Below are positions 62,994-64,000 of a DNA stretch of 64,000 nucleotides, in pieces (within the stretch, counting starts at the first letter, position 1; every line of letters begins with the position of its first letter). Position numbers and translations under genes: made by a program. The notes under the pieces are model-generated. The model worked only from the letters and a program-made list of their open reading frames with translations, made no database searches and was not told where the DNA came from. This DNA comes from Gaiellales bacterium. Its GTDB lineage: Bacteria; Actinomycetota; Thermoleophilia; Gaiellales; Gaiellaceae. Location: positions 2,895 through 66,894 of the forward strand of contig JBBQTQ010000001.1 in assembly GCA_038213135.1 (NCBI GenBank), read 5' to 3'.

Positions 62994-64000
62994 CTGGTGA
63001 CCTCCACGGCTCCGCCTGCGAGGCCGCGAACGTGCTCCTCGGCGGCGCGGACGGCGCCGGCGACGAGCTTGCGGTTGACCCGCGCGCGGAGCTGCACGGA
63101 CGAGCCGTTCGAGCTGACGGTGACCGTCTCGCCGCCGGTGAGGCCCCGGATCTCCGCGTCCTGTGGTGAGAGCTCGATCTCGGCTTCGGGCCGCTGGAAC
63201 TGGAGCTCGGGAATGCGCTCGACCGCCGGGCCCGAGAAGAGCGGCCGGTAGCGCACGAGCCGCAGAGGGCCGCCCTTGGCGGTGGGCGGAGTCGGCGCGG
63301 TCGGCGCGACGCGCTCCGGCGCTGCAGCGCGCTCGGGCAGCGGCGCATGCTCCTCGAGCGGCGGCGAGACCCAGGGGTCGATCTCGACGCCGAAGCGCTC
63401 GCCCAGCTTGGCGATCCACGCGAGCTCATCCGGCGCCGGTGGGATCACGGAGCGCCGCAGGCGCTGCGGCCGGCCCTCGAGGTTCACATAGGTGCCCTCG
63501 CGCTCGAGATAGCTCGTGCCCGGCAGGACGACGTCGACCCACTCTCGCACCGGGTCGGCGAACATCGTGATCGCGACGACCGCGTCGGCCTGCCCGGCGA
63601 GCTCGCGGACACGCGGGTCGGCGGCGGCTTCGTCGCCCGAGACGAGCAGGAGGCCGATCCGGTCTGGCCGCCTCGGCTCGCCCTCGCCCCAGGCTTCACG
63701 GACGCCGCGGGCGTTTGGAGTCGAGGGCAGATAGAACGCGCCCGACCCTGGCTTGCCGGCGAAGCCGAGGGCGTGCGCGAGCTCGGCGACCAGGGCCCCG
63801 CCGCGTCCACCGGGGCCCGACCAGATGACGACGGCCCGTTCCGCGTCGCGCAGCCGCTTCCCGAGCTCGCTGCCCTCAGCGGCCAACTCGCGCACGGTTT
63901 CCGGAGCGGAGCCGGCCGGGCGCTCCTCGGGTCCAAGGGTGACGATCTCCGCGCCGGCCCGCCGGGCTGCGCGCAACCAGAGGTCGACGATCGGCGCGCG
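62990..64000 (-). CDS. nuoG: NADH-quinone oxidoreductase subunit G, C-terminal part (5' end beyond window)
   Basis: The frame is open to position 64000. Molybdopterin-oxidoreductase-like C-terminal region (...ADVVLPGTSYLEREGTY.N.EGR.Q...). Its position upstream of nuoH supports the call. Confidence 0.85.
   Translation of the reverse strand, partial: RAPIVDLWLRAARRAGAEIVTLGPEERPAGSAPETVRELAAEGSELGKRLRDAERAVVIWSGPGGRGGALVAELAHALGFAGKPGSGAFYLPSTPNARGVREAWGEGEPRRPDRIGLLLVSGDEAAADPRVRELAGQADAVVAITMFADPVREWVDVVLPGTSYLEREGTYVNLEGRPQRLRRSVIPPAPDELAWIAKLGERFGVEIDPWVSPPLEEHAPLPERAAAPERVAPTAPTPPTAKGGPLRLVRYRPLFSGPAVERIPELQFQRPEAEIELSPQDAEIRGLTGGETVTVSSNGSSVQLRARVNRKLVAGAVRAAEEHVRGLAGGAVEVTR

Overview
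Very GC-rich (about 70% by eye), gene-dense chromosomal segment. Gene content, GC3-saturated codons and frequent GTG/TTG starts suggest an actinobacterium, possibly a deep-branching Thermoleophilia/Rubrobacteria-like lineage; this is inference only. I support 71 protein-coding genes (two cut by the window edges), one tRNA-Phe(GAA), one multiply frameshifted LAGLIDADG endonuclease remnant, two copies of an ~80-bp intergenic repeat in opposite orientation, and two hairpin terminators. I saw no rRNA, CRISPR array, transposase, integrase or prophage genes. Left to right: (1) an envelope block with three GT-C-fold membrane glycosyltransferase-like genes, a GT4, a GT2 polyprenol-phosphate sugar synthase and a class A PBP; (2) moeA, then sortase E coupled to an M28 peptidase-polytopic fusion; (3) an MprAB/PepD-like two-component + HtrA locus interrupted by the LAGLIDADG remnant; (4) an orphan RsbW-like kinase + otsA; (5) a 13-gene co-directional block moaC-mog-UbiA(MqnP-like)-ccmABCD-hemX-like-hemA-hemC-hemD-DUF62; (6) mixed housekeeping genes, including a RarA with a destroyed Walker B motif, two DUF1385 paralogues, NAPRTase, a single-TM FtsH, and an ECF sigma factor coupled to a P-loop-degenerate YchF-like protein; (7) a low-GC HepT/MntA toxin-antitoxin insertion; (8) debranching enzyme, a MacB-type ABC pair, ApbC, and a low-GC MFS gene; (9) nuoGHIJKLMN, with an unusual structured 169-nt spacer between nuoJ and nuoK. 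Most of the long Arg/Pro/Ala-rich ORFs in the six-frame track are shadow ORFs opposite real genes and were discarded. Start codons were chosen by homology-style reasoning and are less certain than stops. No single finding clearly stands out as a new system. The best candidates are the GT-C/DUF2079 glycosylation cluster, the sigma-pseudoGTPase pair, the Walker-B-less RarA, and the truncated ccm/heme supraoperon.
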